From NCBI GenBank assembly GCA_018676275.1, contig JABHFC010000440.1:1-41136 (forward strand): 41,136 nt of DNA. Direction: 5' to 3'. The notes beneath the pieces are model-generated. The model saw only the letters and a program-made list of their open reading frames with translations, did not search any database and was not told the origin of the DNA. How positions within the stretch are numbered: position 1 is the first letter of the stretch; every line of letters starts with the position of its first letter. This DNA is from Gammaproteobacteria bacterium (GTDB lineage: Bacteria > Pseudomonadota > Gammaproteobacteria > Eutrophobiales > Eutrophobiaceae). Of this stretch, positions 9,328 to 18,772 are shown one piece after another. A program made the position numbers and the translations under genes.

Positions 9328-10383
9328 ATGAAAACATCAATGTTCACCTACTCCTTAACAAATAGCTGGCTCTCAGCCCTGGTCAGGGCGGTAGAGACCT
9401 ATGGCATTGACCCACATGATTTACTGGTTGGTGAACTGAAATCGGATGATCTTAGTGATCCAGTCAATGCCAGAATTGATCATTATTCCATGACCAGAAT
9501 ATGGAGGCGGGCTGCGGTAATTACCAATGATCCAGCGATTGGGCTCGTTGCTGCGAGTTTTGTTGGTCCTGCTACATTTGGTTCAGTGTCATTTGCCATG
9601 AATGCCAGTGACTGTTCATCGACCGCTCTACGAACTCTGGTTCGTTACAATCAGCTCGGATCCAATGCAGCAACATGGACCTTTCGACAGGATGAAAAAT
9701 ATGTCGAGCTGACCCAGAAAATGAGAGGTCCAATAGGGGCACCGGAACAAAAAGATGCAAATGTAGCGGCGATATTAAGTATTTGTCGAAGTCTGGGTGA
9801 CCCAAGTCTTCGTTATGAAAAACTTGTCATTGGCAGACCGGCGCCAAAGGATATCTCCCGATGGCGGGATTATTTTTCACTCATTCCTGAATTTCAGGAC
9901 AACGGAACCAGCTTTATGCGCTTGCCGCGAGAGTCTGTCGATAAACGCTGGCCAAATTATGAACCAGAATTATTTGAATTGAGCATTTCAATACTGGAAA
10001 GGCAATTGAAACAAGTTGGCAAGTCATCTTTTCTGGCTCAGGTGAAAGCAGAAATAATTGAAGGAATGGAACAGGGTAATATCCATATTGATCTGGTAGC
10101 AGAAAAACTTGGTATTAGTCGGCGGACATTGCAAAGACGCCTCTGGTCCGAAAGTAACTACACTTACAGCAACTTGTTTCAGGCAGTTCGGCGTTCACTT
10201 GCCAACCGATACCTTGTCAGTTCATCTCGAACTATAGAAGAAATCAGTGATCTGCTTGGATATTCGAATGTTTCAAGTTTCAGTCGAAGTTTTCGCCAGA
10301 GTTTTGGTGTCACTCCTTCGAAATACAGACGTGAATCTAATAGTTCAGATATAGAAATACTGGAGCCGATAGGGCCTCTCTGA
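9328..10383 (+). CDS. AraC/XylS-family transcriptional regulator
   Basis: C-terminal double-HTH signature (ISRRTLQRRL ... IEEISDLLGYSNVSSFSRSFRQSFGVTPSKYR) and an N-terminal AraC-type effector-binding-like domain. The track ORF begins at 9019, but that part overlaps the divergent ADH gene. I take the first ATG clear of that overlap, 9328 (MKTSMFTYS). Confidence 0.85.
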   Translation: MKTSMFTYSLTNSWLSALVRAVETYGIDPHDLLVGELKSDDLSDPVNARIDHYSMTRIWRRAAVITNDPAIGLVAASFVGPATFGSVSFAMNASDCSSTALRTLVRYNQLGSNAATWTFRQDEKYVELTQKMRGPIGAPEQKDANVAAILSICRSLGDPSLRYEKLVIGRPAPKDISRWRDYFSLIPEFQDNGTSFMRLPRESVDKRWPNYEPELFELSISILERQLKQVGKSSFLAQVKAEIIEGMEQGNIHIDLVAEKLGISRRTLQRRLWSESNYTYSNLFQAVRRSLANRYLVSSSRTIEEISDLLGYSNVSSFSRSFRQSFGVTPSKYRRESNSSDIEILEPIGPL

Positions 10384-10395
10384 TTTTTGCTTCGC

Positions 10396-11409
10396 TCAGG
10401 GGTTTACCTGCACTTTAATCGAAAGCTGTTTTTTATCTTCTGCTGCGGAAAACGCTTCAACAATTTGATCAAGCTTGAATCGGTGTGTAATAAGCAGTTC
10501 AAGTTTTTCAGCATGCTTATTAACAAGCTCACCTGCCACTTTAAAATCAGAATTCTGGTTTTCATGCCCGTGACAATTTGAAGCGACCAGTGATAACTCA
10601 TTGGTAAGAAATCGTAACGCGGGTAATTCCGGGTTACCCCTGAATGCTCCAAGCATTAGAATCGTCCCGCCGGTTTTGGCAAGCAGAACTGAATCAGACA
10701 ATGTAGTGGCATTACCGCCAACTGTTTCCACAACCACATCTATATATTGGTCACCAAGTTCATTTAGCAATTCATCTGAATTTGCAAAAACTCTGGTGGC
10801 ACCAAAATGTTTAGCAACTTCCTGTTGATGTGGATGGCGTGCACTAATGAAAACTTCATTTGCCCCTCCTGCATAGGAACTCAGAATGGAAAGAAGACCA
10901 ATTGAACCTGCACCAAGTATAGCGACGCGAGCACCTATATTAATTTTCGCGCGTCTTGTACCGCGTACACAGACGGCCATGGGTTCAGTTAGTGCAGAGA
11001 CATTAGCTGAAAGAGTAGTATTCAGTGGATAGACGAGTGATTCCGGAATCTGAATGAGTTCTGCCAATCCACCTGGTTGCGAGTAGCCAAAAAAATCCTT
11101 CGTCGCACAACGATTGGGACTGCCACTGTTACAATGCTGGCAATGACCACATCCGAACACCGGTTCAATAGCAACCGCAGTACCGGTAGCAAGATTAACA
11201 TTGTCGCCAACTACATCGATTACTCCTGCTATTTCATGCCCGGGTCGAATACCTTCCGGTGAACCCAGTTCGCCATTCTTAATATGCAAATCAGTACCAC
11301 AAATTCCTACTGCCGTGACCGCCAGCTGCAACCACCCCGGTTGCAGTTCCGGGATGTCGACGTTTTTAAGGTTTACACTACCGTCTGCAGAATATACTGC
11401 CGCTTTCAT
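10396..11409 (-). CDS. Zn-dependent MDR dehydrogenase (sorbitol / threonine-dehydrogenase-like)
   Basis: 337 aa with GICGTDLH, GHEIAG, CGHCQHCNSG and a Rossmann GAGSIG. Confidence 0.85.
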   Translation of the reverse strand: MKAAVYSADGSVNLKNVDIPELQPGWLQLAVTAVGICGTDLHIKNGELGSPEGIRPGHEIAGVIDVVGDNVNLATGTAVAIEPVFGCGHCQHCNSGSPNRCATKDFFGYSQPGGLAELIQIPESLVYPLNTTLSANVSALTEPMAVCVRGTRRAKINIGARVAILGAGSIGLLSILSSYAGGANEVFISARHPHQQEVAKHFGATRVFANSDELLNELGDQYIDVVVETVGGNATTLSDSVLLAKTGGTILMLGAFRGNPELPALRFLTNELSLVASNCHGHENQNSDFKVAGELVNKHAEKLELLITHRFKLDQIVEAFSAAEDKKQLSIKVQVNP

Positions 11410-11423
11410 ATCGAGGCAGGAGC

Positions 11424-12548
11424 CTAGTCTTCAAGCACCAGATCGGGATCAATTTCCACACCAAGACCAGGAGCCTGGGGCATATTCATATAACCCTCAG
11501 CATCAACAACCGGTGGATTGGTTAGTATGGACAGGAAGTTCTGGTAGGCTCCAATTGGTGGGTCATTTACCAGTTCGATGTATGGAGCGTGAGTCCAACT
11601 GGCGACCATATGCATGTGTGCAATCAATCCCAGCTTGACGTAACCGTTGTGCGGAACCACTTGTTTATTGTGTTTTCTGGCGAGCTCACCTACTTTCAGT
11701 GTCTCAGTAATACCCGTCAATACCAGGCATTCAGGTTGTAAAATACTGTAGACGTTTCGCTCGCACATCTGTTCGAACTCATACAGGATGCCACTATTTT
11801 CACCGCCGGCTATTGGTATCTCTAAGGCCTCACCTAAACTTATCAGTTCTTCTAAAGCGTAACGTGGTCTGGGTTCTTCAAGCCAGGCACAATTCAGATT
11901 TTGTAATTCAAGACCGGTTTCATAAGCACGCTGATAATCCCATCTCACTCCCGGTTGCCAGTCACCTTTTGATTGTGCCTGATTGGCATCAACCATAATT
12001 TGCATATCATCACCGACAGCTTCGCGTACACAGGTGACTGTGCGAATATCTTCCTGCATGGTTTCATGATGTAAACGTACTTTTATTGCCTGCCAGCCAT
12101 CTGCTTTTAGTTTCAGTGCCATTTCTGCGCGTTCTTCAGGTGTTGATAACAACACCATAGCTGCATAAGGAACAATCTTGTCCTTTGTGCCACCCCAAAG
12201 CTTGTAAAGTGGCTGACCTTTCGCTTTGCCTACGATATCCCATAAGGCAATATCAACGCCGGCAACATGTTGATAGTGAGTTCCGTATGGCAGGTAGTAT
12301 TCTAATTGTGCACTTAATTGCTCGACATCCAGCGGGTTTTTACCAATCAGGATTTTTTCCAAAGCAGGGAGGAAGCGATCATCAATTTCAGGACCAATGC
12401 CGCAAATGCCTTCGTCCGTCTGTATCTCGACATAGCTACCACCGCCTAATTGAACCGGTAATTTGTCACCCGGGCTCCAGGCCAGATCCAGTGTGCCAAT
12501 TTCTTCAATCACGCGTAAGCGTCGAATCCGTACGTTTGAAATTTTCAT
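11424..12548 (-). CDS. enolase-superfamily enzyme (MR/MLE family), paralogue 2
   Basis: 374 aa with an N-terminal capping domain and a barrel carrying IKVRL, MVDANQ, WLEEP, AGGEN and PHNG contexts, typical of acid-sugar dehydratase / racemase members. Confidence 0.85.
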   Translation of the reverse strand: MKISNVRIRRLRVIEEIGTLDLAWSPGDKLPVQLGGGSYVEIQTDEGICGIGPEIDDRFLPALEKILIGKNPLDVEQLSAQLEYYLPYGTHYQHVAGVDIALWDIVGKAKGQPLYKLWGGTKDKIVPYAAMVLLSTPEERAEMALKLKADGWQAIKVRLHHETMQEDIRTVTCVREAVGDDMQIMVDANQAQSKGDWQPGVRWDYQRAYETGLELQNLNCAWLEEPRPRYALEELISLGEALEIPIAGGENSGILYEFEQMCERNVYSILQPECLVLTGITETLKVGELARKHNKQVVPHNGYVKLGLIAHMHMVASWTHAPYIELVNDPPIGAYQNFLSILTNPPVVDAEGYMNMPQAPGLGVEIDPDLVLED

Positions 12549-12586
12549 GCTAGGCCTTTTATATATTTCTCATTGAATAAACATAT

Positions 12587-14797
12587 CTATTGATTAGACA
12601 GCCAGGTTAACCTGGCACTTTCTTTATTTCCCAAAACGACAGCTCGATCTTCATAAGCGCGTGCGCGTACGTAATGGTGAATTTTTTCTACTTCATCCAG
12701 GGAAAGCACATCGTCGAAAGCCGCCATGCCATTCGTAGCTAATAGGCCTTCAAGCACAACACGGCTAAAAATTTCATGCTTTCCGTCTGTGAGTAAACGT
12801 AAATCAGGGATAGAACCACCGGAGCGTGCCAGTAGACCATGACACATCGCGCAATAATTGTTGTACAGTCCTTCACCCTCTCCAATAATATTTTCACTAA
12901 CAACAACGACTGATTGCTGCGGAATTATTCTGTCTATAGCATTTGGAACAGGTAATTTTTCATTGCCGCCAATTTTAAAAACTAACAAGCGACCTAAGTT
13001 GCCATACTTTGTTGATGCAGTTTCAGTTTCACCACCGAATAGATCTGCACCGCCACCACCGGTTAAGACTGAAACGTATTGAGTATCATCAAGTTGAAAT
13101 GTAACTGGTGGTGCCAACATAGAGGTGTAAGTATTAAACTGCCATAACAAGTCTCCATTTTCCTTGTCATAGGCGCTAAACATGCCGGCAGCATCGCCCT
13201 GAAAAACCAGGCCACCTGAGGTTGCCAGCACACCACCATTCCAGTAATAGGGGTTTCTGACTGTCCATTTTGTCTCGCCAGTGAGTGGATCAAAAGCCTT
13301 GAGTGCGCCGCCCGGGGTGGGTTGCTCAGCAACATTGTCTATAAACAGCTGTGCAAGTCTTCCCATTTCCAGACCAATGTTCCATCTACCTGGGTTGCGT
13401 TTATAACTACTGAATTGTTTCCATTCATCGGCAATGGCAAAAATAAGCGGACTTTCCTGTGTTGGGATGTAAACAAGTCCCGCCTCAGTATCAACGGACA
13501 TAGCTTGCCAGTTATGTGCACCGGCTGACCCTGGCAAGACCCATTTCTCTTTTTCAAGATAACTATAGTCGGGGTTTTCTACCGGGCGGCCACTCTCCAG
13601 ATCAACATGGGTAGCCCAGGTGACAAGACTATATGGGTGGGCTCGTAATAATTTTCCATTGCTGCGATCCAGAACATAAAAAAAGCCATTCTTTGGTGCC
13701 TGCATTAATACCTTACGTTGTTCACCGTCAACTTCTATTTCCGCCAGAGCAATGTCCTGTACTGCGGTGTAGTCCCAGTTATCTCCCGGAGTGGTCTGGT
13801 AATACCAGTTCATTTTGCCGCTGTCGGCATCCAAAGCAACTATGGAAGACAGAAACAGATTGTCGCCACCATCAGGTGATCGAATGGCGCGTGTCCACGG
13901 TGAACCATTACCTACGCCAATATATAGTTGATTGAAATCAGGATCGTAAACAATGGAATTCCATACTGTACCGCCACCACCAAATTTCCAGTACTCGTTA
14001 CCGCTCCAGCTGGCGGCGGCCAGTTCCAGTTCAGGATGCTCAAATGGTAAGGCAGGGTCGCCGGGTACGGTAAAGAAACGCCATGCCTGTTTTCCTGTTT
14101 TCGCGTCGTAGGCAGTTACATATCCCCGCACACCAAATTCTGCGCCACCATTTCCAATGAAGACTTTACCTTTGGCAACTCGTGGGGCTCCGGTGATTGT
14201 GTAGAAGCGATTACGGTCAATAAGCGTATCTACCTGCCAGACTTCTTCACCACTACCTGCGTCCAGTGCAATAAGTCGACCATCAAGAGTTCCCACATAC
14301 ACGTGTCCCTGGTATACGGCAACACCACGATTAACGGCGTCACAGCAGGCGCGACGAGACCAGTCCTTTGGAACATCAGGGTCATATTGCCAGAGTATTT
14401 CACCTGTCTTTGCTTTAATCGCAAAAACTTTACTCCAGGCACTACTGACAAACATGATGCCATCTACAACAATTGGGGTGGCCTCCTGGGCGCGGTTAGT
14501 GCCCATGTCGAGGTGCCATTCCAGACCAAGTTTTTTGATCGTGTTTTTGTTGATCTTTTTTAGTGGAGAAAAACGTTGTTCTTCATATCCAAGACCATAA
14601 GACATCCAGTTATTGGGTTCACCATCATGATTTATTATTCTTTCATCAGTAATGTTGCCGACAATGCTGGTTTCATTTTGTTTGGCTTCAGGTTTTTGCG
14701 CAGCTTGATCAGTAGAGGTCGAATTGTCACAAGCACCAAGACTTAGCAATACAGAAATCACGGCTATCTTCATTATTGAAAAATGCCTGATTGTCAT
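12587..14797 (-). CDS. quinohaemoprotein (type II) PQQ-dependent alcohol dehydrogenase, possibly lipid-anchored
   Basis: 736 aa with a PQQ beta-propeller and the vicinal Cys-Cys (SRRACCDAVNRG). The C-terminal cytochrome c domain has CAMCHG. The N-terminus MKIAVISVLLSLGAC has a lipobox-like LGAC. Confidence 0.9.
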   Translation of the reverse strand: MTIRHFSIMKIAVISVLLSLGACDNSTSTDQAAQKPEAKQNETSIVGNITDERIINHDGEPNNWMSYGLGYEEQRFSPLKKINKNTIKKLGLEWHLDMGTNRAQEATPIVVDGIMFVSSAWSKVFAIKAKTGEILWQYDPDVPKDWSRRACCDAVNRGVAVYQGHVYVGTLDGRLIALDAGSGEEVWQVDTLIDRNRFYTITGAPRVAKGKVFIGNGGAEFGVRGYVTAYDAKTGKQAWRFFTVPGDPALPFEHPELELAAASWSGNEYWKFGGGGTVWNSIVYDPDFNQLYIGVGNGSPWTRAIRSPDGGDNLFLSSIVALDADSGKMNWYYQTTPGDNWDYTAVQDIALAEIEVDGEQRKVLMQAPKNGFFYVLDRSNGKLLRAHPYSLVTWATHVDLESGRPVENPDYSYLEKEKWVLPGSAGAHNWQAMSVDTEAGLVYIPTQESPLIFAIADEWKQFSSYKRNPGRWNIGLEMGRLAQLFIDNVAEQPTPGGALKAFDPLTGETKWTVRNPYYWNGGVLATSGGLVFQGDAAGMFSAYDKENGDLLWQFNTYTSMLAPPVTFQLDDTQYVSVLTGGGGADLFGGETETASTKYGNLGRLLVFKIGGNEKLPVPNAIDRIIPQQSVVVVSENIIGEGEGLYNNYCAMCHGLLARSGGSIPDLRLLTDGKHEIFSRVVLEGLLATNGMAAFDDVLSLDEVEKIHHYVRARAYEDRAVVLGNKESARLTWLSNQ

Positions 14798-14869
14798 TGC
14801 TCAAACTCTGCCACGGAAAGTTCTTCAATGCTTAATTTAACTGGATATATTGCTGAATTCATTACACTA

Positions 14870-14935
14870 ATGATAGAGAAGCCGGTGTAATGTGCTTTTG
14901 CAGTGGATGCCACTTTTTTACCATTTGGTGTCATT
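14870..14935 (-). promoter_or_regulatory. activator-type promoter module, copy 2: 41-bp element (14895-14935) plus -10 TATCAT (complement of 14870-14875)
   Basis: CTTTTGCAGTGGATGCCACTTTTTTACCATTTGGTGTCATT matches the 23040 copy at 35/41 positions (hand count). TGCCA / TGTCA are 21 bp apart and the offset to the -10 is the same 25 bp. It faces the PQQ-ADH / enolase / Zn-ADH operon. Confidence 0.55.
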
Positions 14936-14989
14936 ATGGAGAATGGAAAATAGCCATTTTAATCCTTGAATCCCCTTACGGGGACACCA

Positions 14990-16852
14990 TCAACTCTTAA
15001 TGGCTTCAAAATCCTGAAGACGTCCTAAATCACGGACAGCACCTTCAGATGCGGATGTGGCCATAAGTCCATACATGCGTAAAGCCGTTGATACTTTACG
15101 TTGACGTACTGGTTGCCATGCTTTTGCGCCTTTTGCCAATTCAATCTCTCGACGCTGTGTTATTTCGACTTCGGAGACAAGTAATGAGATGGATTTATTC
15201 TCAACATTAATATGAATTTGATCACCATCTTTGATCAGGGCAATCAAACCACCGGCAGCGGCTTCAGGTGAAATGTGACCGATGGAAAGTCCGGAAGTCG
15301 CGCCGGAAAATCGACCGTCAGTAATCAAAGCGCATACCTTACCCAAACCATGCGCTTTCAATATGCCGGTTGGTGCAATCATTTCCTGCATCCCTGGACC
15401 GCCACGAGGACCTTCATAACGGATTACAACCACATGCCCTGCTTTCACTGTTCCATTTTTTATCGCATTGACAGAGTCATCCTTGCTATCGAAACAGATC
15501 GCACTACCTTCAAAATCAAAACAATTCGGGTCGACGGCAGCAGTTTTCAGCACACAACCTTTTTCAGCCAGGTTACCGTGCAATACAGCAATACCACCTG
15601 ATTGATAAAAGGCATTTTGCCTGTTACGTATAACCCCTTCCTCACGATCATTGTCGACAGTCTCAAAGCGTTCGTTTTGTGTAAAGGCACCGAGACTAAA
15701 TCTGCCACCCGGTGCCGCGCGATATAAATTTATGGCTTCATCATCATCAGATTCAGTTATATCCCACTTTTTCAGTGCAGACTTTAGTGTCTTTTCGTGT
15801 ACTGTCATTACATCCGTATTTATCAGCTGTGCGCGATTAAGTTCTCCAAGAACACTCATCACTCCTCCGGCCCGGTGCAGGTCTTCGATGAATACCTGTT
15901 CAGCGGCTGGTGTGACTTTACATAAGTAAGGTGTCTCATCCGCAATACGACCAATATCATCCATCGTGAAATCGACACCTGCCTCACGTGCTATGGCAAG
16001 AACGTGCAAAACAGTATTGGTTGACCCACCCATAGCAATCGAAACACGCATAGCATTTTCAATTGCGGCATAACTTGCAATTGATCGAGGTAATACATTC
16101 TGGTTTTCGTCGTCGTAATAAGCATTCGCCAACTCGACTATGCGTTTACCAGCCTGTCGAAACAGGCCTTCTCGAGCTTTATGTGTTGCTAACAACGTTC
16201 CATTACCGGGTAAGGCCATGCCCAGGGCTTCTGATACACAGTTCATGGAGTTAGCTGTGCCCATAAGTGCGCAGGAACCACAGGTTGGGCAGGCAGAGCG
16301 CTCAACATCCAGTATGTCATCAGCACTGGACTCGGGATTACCACTTACAATCAGGGTATCAATAACGTCAATCTTGATAGTCTTACCACTCACAGTCGCT
16401 CTGCCGGATTCCATTGGTCCGCCTGAAACAAAAATGGCGGGTATATTTAGTCGCATTGCTGCCATCAACATTCCCGGCGTGATCTTGTCGCAATTGGAAA
16501 TACAAAGAAGCGCATCGGCACAATGCGCGTTGACCATATACTCGACTGAGTCCGCAATCAGATCACGTGAAGGTAATGAATAAAGCATGCCGTCATGGGA
16601 CATTGCAATACCATCGTCAACGGCAATGGTGTTGAATTCTTTGGGCACACCACCGGCTGCCTTAATCTCATCCGCGACCAGTCTACCCAGTTCTTTCAAA
16701 TGTACATGTCCAGGTACAAACTCGGTAAAGGAATTGGCAATAGCAATAATCGGTTTGCCAAAATCTTCTTCGCGCGTACCGGTAGCACGCCATAGTGCTC
16801 TGGCAGCAGTACCTAAAGTACCCTCAGTAGTTTTACTGGAATTCAGTTTCAT
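14990..16852 (-). CDS. ilvD: dihydroxy-acid dehydratase
   Basis: 620 aa. Long blocks look like enterobacterial IlvD as I recall it ([78 protein letters not shown]). Confidence 0.9.
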   Translation of the reverse strand: MKLNSSKTTEGTLGTAARALWRATGTREEDFGKPIIAIANSFTEFVPGHVHLKELGRLVADEIKAAGGVPKEFNTIAVDDGIAMSHDGMLYSLPSRDLIADSVEYMVNAHCADALLCISNCDKITPGMLMAAMRLNIPAIFVSGGPMESGRATVSGKTIKIDVIDTLIVSGNPESSADDILDVERSACPTCGSCALMGTANSMNCVSEALGMALPGNGTLLATHKAREGLFRQAGKRIVELANAYYDDENQNVLPRSIASYAAIENAMRVSIAMGGSTNTVLHVLAIAREAGVDFTMDDIGRIADETPYLCKVTPAAEQVFIEDLHRAGGVMSVLGELNRAQLINTDVMTVHEKTLKSALKKWDITESDDDEAINLYRAAPGGRFSLGAFTQNERFETVDNDREEGVIRNRQNAFYQSGGIAVLHGNLAEKGCVLKTAAVDPNCFDFEGSAICFDSKDDSVNAIKNGTVKAGHVVVIRYEGPRGGPGMQEMIAPTGILKAHGLGKVCALITDGRFSGATSGLSIGHISPEAAAGGLIALIKDGDQIHINVENKSISLLVSEVEITQRREIELAKGAKAWQPVRQRKVSTALRMYGLMATSASEGAVRDLGRLQDFEAIKS

Positions 16853-16870
16853 TAAGTATCTCCGTTAAAA

Positions 16871-17878
16871 TTAGACAAAGTCTTCAAGCCGTTGAATAAC
16901 CCAGAATGCGGCAATAGAACCAATAACAGGTGAGAAGATCTTTTCCTGATACGAGAAGGTTTGTTTGCCTTGCCATGCGAATTGCTTTTGGAGCAGGTGA
17001 ATAAAAGCACCAATCAAAAGTAAAAGAAGAATAAAAGCGATTTGCCCCAGCTCCACACCAATATTAAAAAATAACAAGCCAAGCCCTAATGCTGTTTGGG
17101 GTAAGCCGAGTTCCAGTAGCACGTTGGCAAATCCAAGACCATGAAACAAGCCGAAAAAAGAAGACACAAGAAAAGGTTTTTGATAACTCAGAGATTGTTT
17201 GTTTCCACGTACAATTTCTGCGGCAAGAAACACAATGCTCAGTGCGATACAGGTCTCCACATAGGCAGTTGGAAGACGCACTAAATTCAATACAGATGCT
17301 GCCAGGCTGATACTGTGGGCAACAGTGAAACCCGTTATCGTCCACAACAGCAGTTTGTAGTTTTGCACAAGGATCATCAGGCAAACAATGAATAGAAGAT
17401 GATCCACGCCGAAAGCAATATGCTTGATACCGAGCACTGTGTAGGATTGGATGATAGTTGTCTTGTTTTCCTTTTCCGGGATTAAATACTCCGGAGAAAT
17501 ATTTAATAAGATCTTTGTGTGGGTTTGACCGGATAAAAAAGAAATTCGGACAAAGGCAGAAATACCAATATTTAAATCCAGACCATTAACACTAATCCTT
17601 TTACCGGCAAGTCCTCCTTCACAGTAAAGAAGCTGATTACTTACCCTGGCATAGGAAAGATCCGAATTGGCAGAAGTTTTTTTTGCACAGGACTCGGGAA
17701 ATACCGGATAAAGCTTGCCCTTCATCAGACCACCTTCTGGGCTTTTCCAAAGCACGCTATACGTGTCGGATTGAATCTCCTTAATTTCGAGTAAAAAAGG
17801 TCGACTTTCGTGGGCAATTACACTTGTTGTGGCAAACAGCAAAAATATAAGCAGCAAGCTGTAGAAAGGCCTATTCAT
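16871..17878 (-). CDS. HupE/UreJ-family membrane protein with an N-terminal periplasmic extension
   Basis: C-terminal six-TM region with the GIKHIAFGVDHLLFIV motif. The ATG at 17878 gives a signal peptide (MNRPFYSLLLIFLLFATTSVIAHE) and overlaps the upstream stop by 8 nt (ATGAATAG). The track's start at 17947 would overlap the upstream gene by 77 nt. Confidence 0.75.
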   Translation of the reverse strand: MNRPFYSLLLIFLLFATTSVIAHESRPFLLEIKEIQSDTYSVLWKSPEGGLMKGKLYPVFPESCAKKTSANSDLSYARVSNQLLYCEGGLAGKRISVNGLDLNIGISAFVRISFLSGQTHTKILLNISPEYLIPEKENKTTIIQSYTVLGIKHIAFGVDHLLFIVCLMILVQNYKLLLWTITGFTVAHSISLAASVLNLVRLPTAYVETCIALSIVFLAAEIVRGNKQSLSYQKPFLVSSFFGLFHGLGFANVLLELGLPQTALGLGLLFFNIGVELGQIAFILLLLLIGAFIHLLQKQFAWQGKQTFSYQEKIFSPVIGSIAAFWVIQRLEDFV

Positions 17879-18749
17879 ATTCTCTGAGTACTGAGTACTT
17901 CTCAATAATACTCTGTCGCGAAAGCTTGTTGAGGCGTTGTTTTTCACGATACGTATAGGAGTTCGCGACTAAATCGCGAATGGATTCGAACGAGGGGATG
18001 TATCCTGGTTCTTTACTATTGATATATACCAGATGGTAACCGTAGCCGGACTCTATAGGCCCTTGCCAGTGATCTTCGGGTTCAAGTTTGAATAAGGAAT
18101 CAGTGAATTTAATGCCAAAATGTGATTTCGATTGAGTCGGTGTGATTTTTGTATATTTATGATTTAAGGGAAAGCGATCGCCATGAGACAGGGCTTCTTT
18201 TATTTCCAGCTGTTTGTTGTTTAATAGTTTTAGTGTGTTCTCGGCTTTTGTTATTGTGTTTTTCCCATGTTGATCTGAACTTAAATAAACATGAGCGAAA
18301 GAGACTTTATCATCTGTCTTGAATTCTTCACTGTTAGTTTCGTAATAAGCCAGCAAGTTATCATGACTGGTATCAATTTTGCCGGTGTTAAGATCCTCAA
18401 GTAAAAATGATAGCTTTTGAATCATTCGTCGTTTAATGATGAAATCATTTTCATTAAGTCCCATTTCCAATGCCATACGATAAAGAGCTTCTTCTTCAAT
18501 ATATTCCATCGCGAGCACTTCTTTTTCTTTCTCATCCAGTGAAGCGAGTGCAGCATTTACATTGAACTGACCTTCCGGATTTTTACTACGAACATTGAGC
18601 ATGTTCTTCAGGATAGAATCGTTTACGACGATTGTGTTGTCGTTATAACTATCTGCAGGAACAGGATTAAGAAACTGATAGGCAAGGTAGAGTAGGGCTC
18701 CTGCGAGGAGAAAATGGAATATAGGTTCCTTAACGATCTTACTAAACAT
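17871..18749 (-). CDS. membrane-anchored parvulin-like peptidyl-prolyl isomerase domain protein
   Basis: 292 aa with an N-terminal TM anchor (IFHFLLAGALLYLAY) and a C-terminal PpiC/rotamase-like segment (FKLEPEDHWQGPIESGYGYHLVYI). Confidence 0.65.
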   Translation of the reverse strand: MFSKIVKEPIFHFLLAGALLYLAYQFLNPVPADSYNDNTIVVNDSILKNMLNVRSKNPEGQFNVNAALASLDEKEKEVLAMEYIEEEALYRMALEMGLNENDFIIKRRMIQKLSFLLEDLNTGKIDTSHDNLLAYYETNSEEFKTDDKVSFAHVYLSSDQHGKNTITKAENTLKLLNNKQLEIKEALSHGDRFPLNHKYTKITPTQSKSHFGIKFTDSLFKLEPEDHWQGPIESGYGYHLVYINSKEPGYIPSFESIRDLVANSYTYREKQRLNKLSRQSIIEKYSVLREYE

Positions 18750-18772
18750 ACTGAGTGCTACAGCTCATTTTT

